Source of the DNA: Octopus sinensis
Lineage: Eukaryota
NCBI RefSeq assembly: GCF_006345805.1
Contig: NC_043001.1
Span: 72,044,001-72,108,000 of the forward strand
Length of the DNA stretch: 64,000 bases
Reading direction: 5' to 3'
A program made the position numbers and the translations under genes. This document shows positions 25,218 to 37,157 of this stretch, piece by piece; positions within the stretch are counted from its first letter, which is position 1; every line of letters starts with the position of its first letter. The notes below the pieces were generated by a model. That model was given only the letters and a program-made list of their open reading frames with translations. It was not told the origin of the DNA and ran no database searches.

Positions 25218-26767
25218 CTAGTAATATGCTGATGTCTGATGAACTAGTTATATTCATCTCCGCTATAAAAGGAACTTGTACTTAATTAGAATAGAAACCA
25301 AAATTTAATATGAATACAAATGATATCATCATCATCATCATCAACAACATTTAATGTCTATTTTCCATGCTGGCATGGGATGGATGGCTTGACAGGAACT
25401 GGCAAGGCCAGGGACTGCACCAGGTTCCATAGTCTGTTTTGGCTTGGTTTCTATGGCTGAATGCCATTCCTAATGCCAACCACTCCACAGAGTGTACTGG
25501 GTGCTTTTTATGTGGCACTATCCTCAGTGCTTTTTACATGGCACCAGCACCCACACCACTGTTTTTTACATGACACCTTGGTTTTAGGATCTCAATTCTG
25601 TTGTGGTGGGCAGGCCTTCCCGCATACAGCAACATGCCACGTAGCTTGGTCCTCTATTATCCCCATCATTAGATACAGCGTTTTGAGATGGGCCTTCAAT
25701 ACTTTGTGCCATGTCTTCCTGGGTCTCCGTCTTCCAAAACTTCTCTCAGGTTTAGTAAATCACCTATTCTCCTCTCTCTTACATAAAACTTTTCAATAAT
25801 GTACTTAGAAAAAAATCTTTAATTTATCCCTACCAAGATTTATTTTGCTTTTAGGGTTTCTGGGCTGATTCATTACCAGTGTCATCTGCTTTACATATTG
25901 GCTTGGTTAGATGAGTTGACCATAACTAGAACCAGCTCATATGCAGAGTTAGTATCTCTTAAATGTGGTTCCGAGACCACATCTAAATTGTCTATTTTCA
26001 TTTTGTCATTTCTACAGCCAGGGCCCTTCCTAAGACCAACTAAATATGTGTACTGGTTGCCATGTCCTTGATATGACAAAACTTAGGGACACCCTTGACC
26101 TTATGATCTCTTTCTCTCTCTCTCTCACCAACCACTTTACTCTGTGTTCTGGATGTATTTTCTTGTGGCACCAGTACTAAAGATTAAATTAAAACATCCA
26201 GAGCTGGAAGCAGGAGAGCTGCATCAGGTTGGAACCCTGGTGCAGCTCCCATGCTTGCCAGCATGGAAAATGGATGTTAAAGGATGATGGCAATGACATC
26301 CCGCTCTTAAAATTTGTGGCCTTGTGCCTGAAATAAAAATCGTTATTATAATGATGATGATGCCTAGCAACAGTAATTATGTTTAGGCGAGTGATTCCCA
26401 CCCACCCAACTTTATTTAAGTTGATGGCAGTACCCCAATTAGCCACAACCCACTGATCTTATTAAAACCAATTATGAAGCATTTGATAGCATAAAAGATG
26501 CACTGATGTATTAAGTGCATCTCAATTTCAGTGGCACATATTCAGAAAAATGGTTTTATATGTAATGTAAGCCCAACTTTTCATATAGGACCCAAATTGA
26601 GTTTTTTCAAGGCATATTTGTTGGAAAATAGTGCGTCTTATATGCCATCAAATATGGTAATATAATTTTGTATTTTTTGAGGGATTTATTACAATGTAGG
26701 GTATTTTTTCCCCTTTTTCTAATATGTCCCTTATGCAAATGTCTTGTGATTTTTTTTTTCTTTTCAG

Positions 26768-26857
26768 AATCCTGAAAACCATGATTCAAGGTTGGGTTAG
26801 AGATGTGACAGCTTACAAAAATGTTTTCGCTGACAACCAGATTGTACACTTCTATAG
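26768..26857 (+). CDS. POLE: POLE exon ([29 protein letters not shown])
   Basis: tttcag|a atc ... tat ag|gtaggt; matches human [30 protein letters not shown]. Confidence 0.97.
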
Positions 26858-27389
26858 GTAGGTCTTTGTTGTTTTTCTTGTTTCTTTAAAATTATTGTTT
26901 CCAGCTGATGACACAAAAGTCATACTTAATTAATTCTGGACATAGTTTAATGTGATTCTGCCTTGATGTCACAAGGTGCTCAGACTTGTGACCAATATTG
27001 AAGAACTGATCAAAGGCAGCAAGCCAGCAGAATTGTAAGCACACTGGTCAAAATGCTTAGCAACATTTCGTCTTGTCTTTATGTTCTAAGTTCAGGGTCA
27101 ACTTTGCCTTTCATATTTTAGGGGTCGATAAAATAAGTATGAGTTGATCATTGGGATCAATGTCATCAACTTAACCCTTTACCATAAATTGCTGGCCTTG
27201 TGCCAAAATTTGAAACCAATATTGAAGTACTGATCACATCACTGCTATGCTACTACATATACAAATATCCTGGATCATGTACAAAAAAATGTCATTCAAC
27301 TGACTGGTAACAATCAGTAAGTCACAGGGGCACAGTGTCCTCTGTCACTTCTACTGTTATACCACTGTAACAGCCCTATGCTGCTTTAA

Positions 27390-27607
27390 CCCTTTACATA
27401 CCAATCCACCTGAATCCACCATTGATTCTATGATACAAACTTTGTTTTAAAGTGATCTAAATTAAAACTGTCCATCAAATTTCTATGTTGAATTATGTTC
27501 CAGGCAGTAGCTTAATAGTAGCAGTCATTTTACAAAATACTTCATTATTTTTCAAAGCAACCAAAACAAAGGCAGCATATTTTAACAGAAATATGGTAAT
27601 ATAAGGG
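27390..27607. mobile_element. piggyBac-type MITE, second family (related to 49395-50448)
   Basis: TTAA|CCCTTT ... TAAGGG|TTAA; its ends align with the termini of the 49.4-50.4 kb element. Confidence 0.75.
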
Positions 27608-28628
27608 TTAATCTAGTAAACTATGTACATATGCTACAGACTCCTTCCTTACACACTGGTGCATTTTATACTCCCCCTCTCTCTCTCTCTCTATCATCAT
27701 CATCATCCTTGCTATACCTCATCTTCCAGATTTCTCACAGTTTACCCAATTAGTCCTTCCTGGAGAATCAACACCTTTTAACTCCCTCTCCACTTCAACA
27801 GATATGAAACTCATTCTCAACCATATCCATCTCACCTGTACAGGTCATGGGCTCTGCCTCATTTCTTTTGTGAATATCCACTCCTTCTTGCGTGAGGAGA
27901 AAACTATGAGATTTCAGATATTTATGCTTTTCCTCAAAATACTAGTTGTTGTTCTTGGCAGAATTGTTAGCACATCAGTAAAAATGCTTTGTGGCATTTC
28001 TTCCGGCTCTTTGCATTCTGAGTTCAAATCCCACTAAGGTTAACTGTGCCTGTCATCATTTTGGGATTGATAAAATAAAGTGCCAATCATGTACTGAGTT
28101 TGCTGTAATTACAATCATTTAGGGAAGTAAAAAAACATGTCTGACATTCTGGATTTGTTGTGGGTTCCCTACACACAGGATAAAGATGGGATGGTTATAA
28201 ATTTGTTAGAAAGGAGTTGATCTGGAGGAGTGGGTCCTTGCTTAGTCTGGAGGAAGGGCAGTGCCCACAACACTTGCAGGTCCTCCAAGACCATTGAGCT
28301 TGACATCATTAATGTTTCATTTAAGCTGTTGTACATCAGACATGAGCAAGGGAGAAGATTCCAGAGCAATGTTGTAGGTATGGGGATTGGTGTGGTCCAG
28401 TGTGGATGTTGGACACAGCAGTAAGGGCACAAGGTGGAGGTAAGAGCAGAGGTCATTATAGTAGTAATAGAAAAGACAGAAAATGGAGACAGCATATCTG
28501 TAGGTCACAACAAACTGATGCAGTATGGGTATTGGCAGATTTATTAATTCCTCACAAGATAACTGTTGTATTCAAATTTAACTCCATTGACTGTGGAAAC
28601 ATCTCAGATCTTTGTCTTCTCCTCACAG

Positions 28629-28713
28629 GTGGTTGCGATCTCCGACAGCTCTTTTATATGATCCAGCCTTGCGAAGAACACTTAATGGAATGATGAAGAA
28701 AATTTTCCTCCAG
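28629..28713 (+). CDS. POLE: POLE exon ([28 protein letters not shown])
   Basis: tcacag|g tgg ... ctc cag|gtaatt. Confidence 0.97.
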
Positions 28714-29316
28714 GTAATTACCTCATGAAATCCTCTTTGATTATCTTTATCATCATCAATTTAACATCTATATTTCCGTGGTTGCATGGATCAGATGAGA
28801 TTTGTTGAGGCAGATTTTCAAGGCAAGAAGCCCTTCCTGTTGCCAACTCTAACTTGTTTTCAAGAATGGTAATATTTCACCTTGGCCAGATGTATTTTAA
28901 TGGAAGATTGGAATTGAATAACACCTCTTGTATGATGGGGATACTCATTTACAACTATTGTGTGATGACAAAACAGAAAGCATACATACATATACACACA
29001 TACACATGTCAAGCTTCTGCCTAATTCACTCGCAAGGCTTTGGCCAGTCTAGAGCTATAGTAGAAGACAGTTGTCCAAGGTAGCATGTATTTGGACTGAA
29101 CCCAAAATCACATAATTGGGAAGCTAATATCTAAATCACACAGCCATCATATATGCATCTATAGAATGTCCTTTCAAACTTGCACAACATAACAACCATG
29201 CTGTATATATATTTTCATATATTTAACCATCATCAATGCCATTTCATACGTATATATTGAATCATCTCTCATACTTCTATATTTAATTATAAACTCTGTT
29301 TCCTTCCAATTCACAG

Positions 29317-29520
29317 CTGATAGCTGAATTCCAGCGACTTGGTTCTTTGATAGTATTTGCCAATTTCAACATGATTTTGCTCTGTACCAAGAAGCAGTCT
29401 ATTGACAATGCCCTCAGTTATATGAATTACATCACAAGCAGCATTAAATCACGTAACCTGTTCCATTTGATAGAATTTACTGTAGAGCAGTGCTGGGAGT
29501 ATCTCTTGTGGATGGACTCT
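29317..29520 (+). CDS. POLE: POLE exon (LIAEFQRLGSLIVFANFNMILLCTKK...CWEYLLWMDS)
   Basis: tcacag|ctg ata ... gac tct|gtgagt. Confidence 0.97.
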
Positions 29521-30444
29521 GTGAGTATTTTACTTCTGAACAATTTTGAATTGTATTGAGTGCAGTTTGGTGCACACCAGGGCTCTGCTCTCATTTCAGT
29601 CCTGTTACGGGTCTTCAGGTCACAACAGAGGTGTTTAAAACCAGTTGTCTGTGGGAATGCTTGCATGCTGGATGACTTAGTTCCTATAGATAAATTGGTC
29701 AGAGATTCAGAGAGGAAATTTTAGACTTAGCACCAAGAGACCTCAAAGTAAACTTAGCAAAGACAGTTTTAGTCACCAGGAAAAAAAAAAAAACAGTACC
29801 CTGCTGCCATCAGGAAAAACTATGTTTGACATGTAGAAAAGGAGTAGGTAAGAATTCTATATAGTGTGCTTATTGTAATTTATGGAAGCACAAGGTGTAG
29901 TGAGATCACAGACATTTTGACAGATTGTAGACTTTATATGTGACAGACACAGAGGAGTTGTTAGCAGAGAGAGGAAAAGAGTATATATGAAATGAATGTT
30001 TTTAAAAGCTTTGAATGCTTCCTAGCAATAGTTGATAGCTTTTGTTATGAAGGTGACCTAATTAGCAGTGGAGATGAGAGTTCTGAAAAAGTAAGAATGA
30101 GGTGAGGAACATTAGGGAGCTTCACTGGTAATAAAAGTTTTTTCTCTCAAATTCCACAATATTTTTGTGTGAAGTGCAATGTTGCAAAGTAATGACATGT
30201 GGGTCTTGTGTGAAGAGGTTTTGTGGAGGCTAGGAAGAAATGATGCAAGTATGCTCTGTTAAGTGTGTAATAGTGTTGATGAATACTGGAGTACAAATGG
30301 TATAATAGAGTTTATAATACACTGCTATAATCTCAGCTATCCAGTACCAGATGGTACCATATTTAACCAAACTAATATTGATATGTTATATAACAAACTT
30401 CTTGATGGTTAATGATGATGATGCTGTTGTTGCTGTTCTTCTAG

Positions 30445-30606
30445 GCTAATCATGGTGGAGTGAAAGGTAAATTACCATCTTCTGCTGAATCTGAAAATCC
30501 TGAAGGAGGTAATGATGATGATGATGAAGAGAAAGAGAAAGAGTCTGATGCAGAAGAGGATATGGATAATGAAGGAGAAAAATTAGATGATGATTCTAAT
30601 GATGAG
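30445..30606 (+). CDS. POLE: POLE exon, acidic linker (ANHGGVKGKLPSSAESENPEGGNDDDDEEKEKESDAEEDMDNEGEKLDDDSNDE)
   Basis: ttctag|gct aat ... gat gag|gtttgt; human has SNYGGIKGK followed by a D/E-rich tract. Confidence 0.94.
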
Positions 30607-31344
30607 GTTTGTTTGACAGTTTTGAAGTTTCATTTTACAATTTATGAAAAATTTACAAACACTAAGGAGTCACATCAAATAATGATTTAGAAGGTGTTGG
30701 TATTGCTGTATGCAGTGCCATTCTTAAAGGACTGAGCACACTGGGCTGTTGCCTGGGAACCTCACAGGTCTAAGGGCCTAATCCTGATTGGGTATGAGGT
30801 GTTTAGGTTCAGCTGTTTTGGCACCCTCCATTTGTTATTGTTGATTCAATATTAACTTTTATAACACCAAATGTTTTAATGTATTTGTCTCCTTCATCTC
30901 TTTCTCTCCCTCTCTATGTGTGAGCATATTTCTCTTTATGTGTGTGAGGTAAGGGAAAGTGTTTTAAGCAAATTGTAATGCCTGTCTGTCTGTCTTTCTC
31001 TCCCTTGCACTTTCTCATTCATTCTATCTGTATGTGTTTATTTCAGTGTGTGTGTGTACCTCCAGCATCCAAAAGTACTGTCACTAAAACAGGCTAAATG
31101 TCCAGTCAACCATATCATATCATCAGCATTCAGCTATACCTGATCATCTCATTCTGATTCTGATCTATATATACTCTGGCTTGTCAATAAATGAATACTA
31201 TAGAGCCTAGCCCATTGATTTGTCCAGGTGCCTACAGTGTTGCTAAGACAGTCGTGGCTGTGTGACTAAGAAGTTTGCTTCCCAACCATATGGTTTTGTA
31301 CATTATTTACATTTGAGGATATTTGTCCTCATCTTGTCTCTTGT

Positions 31345-31390
31345 TAACACGTTTCGGCTGATATACCCTCCAGCCTTCATCAGATGTCTT
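31345..31390 (-). ncRNA. Hammerhead ribozyme-like motif (left arm)
   Basis: Minus strand reads gacat CTGATGA A GGCTG gagggtatat CAGCC GAAA C gtgtt; core and stem II intact, but the GUU cleavage triplet is deleted. Confidence 0.6.
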
Positions 31391-31555
31391 GGGGAAATTT
31401 TGAACCTGGGTTCTCATTCCTTAGGTATTTTTTGATGATGATGTTGTTGTTGTTATTATTATTATTCAGGTCACTGTCTGAAATCGAACAGAATCTTGGG
31501 GTTAAGAGCATGGGCTACTAACCCCAAGATTCCGAGTTCAATTCCAGGCAGTGAT

Positions 31556-31589
<34 letters not shown>

Positions 31590-31636
31590 TCAAAAAATAC
31601 CTTAGGGATGAGAACCCAGGTTCACAATTTCCCCAA

Positions 31637-31679
31637 GACACCTGATGAAGACTGGAGGGTATATCAGCCGAAACGTGTT
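31637..31679 (+). ncRNA. Hammerhead ribozyme-like motif (right arm)
   Basis: gacac CTGATGA A GaCTG gagggtatat CAGCC GAAA C gtgtt; one stem II mismatch, and the cleavage triplet is deleted. Confidence 0.55.
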
Positions 31680-32591
31680 AACAAGAGACAAGATGAGGAC
31701 AAATATCCATGAAATGTAAATAATGTACATAATTCCTCATCTCTTAAATATAGAACCATATGGGTTTGTGTTTAGTCCCATTGGTACCTTGGGCAAATGT
31801 CTTCTATTATAGCCGTGATTAAACCAAAGCCTTAGGCATTTTGGAGGATAGAAACTAAAAGAAGCCATTTATGTGTATGTGTGCATTTGTGTGAGTATGT
31901 TCATATTACCCCTCATCTTCATGTGTGTTTACTGGTTGTAAACAACAGGCTAATTCATATGGTGTCATTTGTTTCCAGTTCTCTATCCTGCCCAGCCGGT
32001 CTGCTGTTCAGTAGACCAGGAGATTATGACTCTGCTCGGAAACAAGAGGGGTGTTGTCCTCAGGAAGAACATTCAGCCATAGGAATCTCTACCCCAACAT
32101 ACTCTCATCTGATTCATGCAAACGCACACACAAAAAGACATTAAAATCATGATGATGATAATCATCATCATTGTTTAACATCTGTTTCCATACTAGCATG
32201 GGTTGGACACTTTGACAGGAGCTGGCCAGGCTCCAGTTGTCTGTCTTGACATGGTTTCTTTGGCTAGATACCCTTTCTAACGCTTCTCACTTTACAGTGT
32301 ACTGGATGCTTTCACATGCTACCAGCACAAGTGCTTCTGCATGGCACCAGCACAAGTGCATTCTATGTGGCACTGGCATGAGTGCATTCCACATGGCACC
32401 AGCACGAGTGCAGCGTACTTGGCACCAGCATGAGTGCATTTTACGTGACAGTCTGATAAAAATGGAGGATGGTCAAGGGCAAAATAACCCTTTATGTCTC
32501 AAAATATTCAAATTTCAAAATAAAACTATTTCATTTTCTTTGTTTTTATTTATTTATGCATTTAAAAAAAAGATTTAATTCTATTTTCCAG

Positions 32592-32663
32592 CCAGAAATT
32601 GAGATGAACTGGAATATTGTCCAATTCCTTCCTGAAAGTGGTGCCTGTCAAACCAATTTTAAT
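32592..32663 (+). CDS. POLE: POLE exon (PEIEMNWNIVQFLPESGACQTNFN)
   Basis: ttccag|cca gaa ... ttt aat|gtaagt; matches human [20 protein letters not shown]. Confidence 0.95.
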
Positions 32664-35072
32664 GTAAGTTTACACAGAGGAATTAAGTTAATTTTCTGCT
32701 TCAAGTATCAACCCAGACCAATGGAATAACAGAATTGTTAGAAGGTTGTCTTTTGGTATTGTTCTGGCACTTTGTGTCCTCAGTTCAAATTCCACTTTGA
32801 CCTACGTAGGTAATAGACTTTATCTATTACCCCAGTAATGCAGCTTTAGGTACTGTCTTCCTTCTTGGCTAAAAGTATAAATATTTACACCAAAGCTTCT
32901 CAAAGTGCTACATATAGATCCCTGGAGATGAATAAAATTTTGGTAGGGATGAATAAAAGCTTAGGGGTTTACAGTGAGTGGGGTGAATTTTTCATGTAAA
33001 ATATCCTAGTTTGTATGTGATGAAATTTAGGGTTACCTAAACAGAGAAATACTTTGGACACAGAATATAATGATTTGAACCTCAAACTCACAAACCTGCA
33101 ATTTAATATTAGTGATCTTCAAGGCAGTGAGCTGACAGAATCATTAGCACACCAGACAAAATGCAAAGCAGCATTTTGTCCATCTAAAGTTTCTGAGTTC
33201 AAATCCTGTTGAGGTCAACTTTGCCTTTCTTCCTTACAAGGTCAATGAAATAAATACTAGTTGAGCATTGGGGTTGACGTAATCGACTTAATCCTCCCCC
33301 AAAATTGCTGGCCAAAATTTGAAATCAGTATTAGTGATCTTCTCTGTGAATTCTAAATCCATCCTTCATATTTAAAAAGTGATTTAAACATTAAAGGTGG
33401 AATAACCATCTATATATCATTCTTAAATTATATACACCATTAACAAACAAGACACTTTGGTTTTGGTCCAAGATAAAATCTCTTATAGACATGATGTGTT
33501 AAAAAACACAATATATATCAGAGGGAGTTGAAAAATTGTCCCAGCAGTGGTTCGTGAGAATGCCAAATGTATTTCTTGGGCCTTGTCAATGGTATGTACT
33601 TGCAGCCACATACTTAGACAAAATTTATCACTTCCAATATGTGATTAATACAATCACTGATATTCTGAATAACTGAGTACACCAGATCTTTATGCAGTTG
33701 GGTGATTAATGCTGTATTGTTTGTAATTAGATATTTACTGATATTTTTGTCTCATATAAATTGTATTAAACACAGGTAAATTTAACTAGCAGTACCTGTG
33801 AAAATGTCATGGCCCATTTTGTGGTATAGTGTTGACCATAAACATATCCCAGCTCCACCCCTCAGTAATAATATCTTGTCATTTCCTTCATAATTCCTTA
33901 ATTTTGTCTATTCCCTTCAACCATGTTTTTTCTCTTCTAGCCTGTTTTCTCATTTGGGCTTCTGCAATATATTCTTGCCTATCATCATCGTTCATATTTT
34001 ACCATTTTTTTATTAACAATTTTCATTCTTTACCTATTAGCTTCAACTTCATCGTTCATCATATGACACCTTCCACACACACACACACCCACATGAACAC
34101 TGATGGCATGCACACATATACATATCCTTCACTCTCTCTCTCATACACACCTAATTGTGTGTGGGTGTGTATGTGCCAGTAATTTTCATTAGAATCTCTA
34201 TCTCATACACTTTTACCATCCCCTTTCCACAGCATCACAGATTTTTTAACCCTTTAGCATTCAGATTACTCTATCGAATGTAATGCTTATTCACATTGTC
34301 TTGAATTAATCCTGCATTATCTTGTGGCTTCAAGATTTCAGTGATGGGATAGTATATTTTTACTATAATATTGTAAAGTAGATATGAGATGTTGGATCTG
34401 GCCAGTTTAAACATAAAAGAGATAGAATATTTTGACCGCATATGGCCGGTTAAACCACAGGAATGTATCAACACTTCAGTATAATAAATTAATTTGTTTG
34501 GCAGGTGAATAGTAATTAAATTATAATTGGGTGTATCAGTTTTAAAAAATCTAAGAAGCCCTGGTATATACAAATTGTAGAAGGAAATAGTTTTTTAAAC
34601 TAATGTTCCTTCCTAAAGTATTACTGACCATAGTTCTTGGAAAGATTCTAAGGGAAGATTGGGACCCAGTGAATTGTGAGGAGAAGGAACCAACAAAGGT
34701 ACTTGTTCTTGTTGTTTAGCCTCAAGTCTGCCCTGGTCAAGGAAATCTAGGATTGCGAAGGTTTTAGTTCCTTCATTGTCTCAAAATAACTGAAGTTCTT
34801 TATACTAGTTGTTGTTTTGCTCTAGATCAGTCCTCATCAAGCAGACATTAAATAAAAATGTTCCAATAACAGCCCTCCAGTCCCTTTCTGTTTACTGGGA
34901 ATCCAGGACCACATAATGCAACCTGTACTTTGAGGGAGATTTAGCTGCTATTTCTGACAGACCAAGGCCTCCCTTAGTGGCTCAGCTTTACTAAAATGTT
35001 TGGTTTATTTGACACATTGAGTAGTTGGCACTTCAGTTTGTTGTAAATGTTGTAAACTGTTTTATTTTCTAG

Positions 35073-35180
35073 ATGATCATTGCTGGATATATTCTTTCAA
35101 TGTACAATGAAATCCAAGATGAACACAGACGTAGAACTCCTGGTAACACACCTGTACGGCGTCGTTCAAGTCAGACTCAG
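35073..35180 (+). CDS. POLE: POLE exon (MIIAGYILSMYNEIQDEHRRRTPGNTPVRRRSSQTQ)
   Basis: ttctag|atg atc ... act cag|gtcagt; matches human APGSTPVRRRGASQ. Confidence 0.94.
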
Positions 35181-35498
35181 GTCAGTAAATGTTAGAAATT
35201 ATTACAATTTTAGGAGATTAATTAGTTATTTAATTTCATCTCATCAAGATTATAATGGCAATCTTTGAATTAAGTTCACAGAAATGTTTTCTTAAAAATC
35301 ATTTCCTATTTGTTATTAATGAGGAATGAGTGAAAATTACAAAAAAAAAATTACTCCGTATTTAAAGATTGCTAATGAAGATAGAACTATATTGAACTAT
35401 ATTATGGCTGGAATCTGGTTGATACCATCTTGTTTTTGAAGATAGATTAGCTGATGTTGGGATTATTGGATTTAATTAATCAGTGTCTAACACAGTCT

Positions 35499-36135
35499 TA
35501 ATAATAATAATAATTGTGTACAGTGCTCAGGTGCACTACAACTCATCTAAAGTGTATATATAATCAGGTGTAGTTTCGACGGATTTCGGGAAGCATGAGG
35601 GCCTTAAAGGATGCAGTGTCATGGCAGTCAACAACTGATGCAGGCAGTTTATTCCACGCTTCAGCAACCCTGAGCGTGAAAAAATGTTTCCGAAAGTCAT
35701 GGGAGCTGTGCTGTTTTCTGACTTTGTAGGCATGTCCACGTGTGTTAGACACATGGAGATCAAAAAGGTGTTCAGTGTTGTTGTTGGTGAGGTGGTTGAT
35801 AACCTTGTGGGTGTTTACCAAGTCCGTCGCCAGACGCCGGAGCTTCAGTGAATCCATGCCCAGGGAAACAAGGCGCTCAGAATATGGTAGGTGTCTGATG
35901 GAGGGTATGCGTTTGGTTGCACGTCTCTGGACAGATTCCAGGAGGTCAATGTTCTGAGCAAGATAGGGATTCCAAACTGATGATGCAAATTCCAAGTGTG
36001 GTCGTACCATAGCTGTATACAGTTTTAAATAGATGGCTGGAGAGCGGCTAACAAAAGTCTTGCTGAGTGATGCCAAGACACCCTTGGCCTTCTTGACAAT
36101 TTTAGAGATATGCTTTGTCCAACGCAAATTAAGAA
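35499..36135 (-). mobile_element. 5'-truncated CR1/L2-group LINE 3' end. A second 3' end lies at 62319-62606 (-).
   Basis: ORF 35564..36127 contains LYTAMVRPHLEFASSVWNP, LESVQRRATK, TRGH and FFTLRVAEAWNKLP; 3' UTR with an (ATT)n tail; the same 3' UTR recurs at 62.3 kb. Confidence 0.92.
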
Positions 36136-37053
36136 GGCTGATTTTAGAATTACCACCTGAATGCTTATCAAATAATAGACCAATATATTCTCATTGAGAA
36201 TACACCAAATAGATGGCAGTGTGGTTAAGAAGCTTGCTTTCCAACCAACAATGTGGTTTCATGTTGTTAGAGAAGTATCCTCTATTATAACTCCCCCCCC
36301 AGCTCCAACAACCTAAACTTATGTTGTCAACCCTTAACTCTTTCCAAGAAAGGTAATATTTTCCTATGGTCAGGCATGTTTTGTGGAAGATTGGAAACAA
36401 ATGCTGCTTGTATGACAGTGATGCTTGCTTACAGTCATTACGTGATGTCAGGACAAGGGTAGATACAACAAACACATCCACACATATATATACATGATGA
36501 GACTCCTTTTGGGTTTCATCTATCAAATCCACTCACAAGGTAGTCTTCGTCTATAGCTTGGGGCTATAGTAGAAGATACTGTGGGAGTGAACCCAAGACT
36601 ACATGGTTGTGAATCAGGCTTCTTAACCACACAACTACACCTGCACCTTTGCAACTATAAATCAATGGTCTAACCCTTTAGCATTTAAACTGGCCATATC
36701 TGGCCCAAATATTCTGTCTGTTTTAGATAGAAACTGGCCAGATCCAGCCTCTCACACCTGCCCTACAATGTCATTCTAAAAATAAACAATCACATTTTCA
36801 AAATCTTGAAGCTACAAGAAACTACATGATTAATTTAAAAAAACGTGGACAAACAAGTATTACATTTAGTAAATTAATCTGTATGCTAAAGGGTTAAAAC
36901 TCCAAATAAACTCACGTCCACAATTATTATGAAATTTACATAAGATATTTGTAAAAAAAAAAAAAAAACTAATGAATTTAGGTATCAGATTGTCATTTGA
37001 ATTTTCCTGCTAACCTGCTTTTATTTTCCCTTTTCAACCTTCTTCTGTTTCAG

Positions 37054-37139
37054 ACCATCACAGATTACTCAACTGCCCCAAGTATAGTGACTTTTGCACA
37101 AGATTTAATCCAGGGTGATCTTGCACAGCAGATGTTTAT
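37054..37139 (+). CDS. POLE: POLE exon (TITDYSTAPSIVTFAQDLIQGDLAQQMF)
   Basis: tttcag|acc ... ttt at|gtaagt; matches human [20 protein letters not shown]. Confidence 0.92.
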
Positions 37140-37157
37140 GTAAGTTATATTATCTTT

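Larger units (their letters stand above)
31294..31753. mobile_element. Fold-back element: tRNA-like head, (AAT)n and hammerhead-motif tail, in inverted arrangement
   Basis: Arms 31297-~31503 and ~31518-31729 are near-perfect reverse complements; 10-bp direct repeat AACCATATGG at 31284-31293 and 31754-31763; the host SINE reads through when the insert is removed. Confidence 0.85.

Noticed and set aside
34640-34698. Purine-rich segment ending AAAG|GTACTT as an extra POLE exon
   Set aside because: The flanking exons already join in frame and align contiguously to human POLE; there is no good acceptor and no homology.
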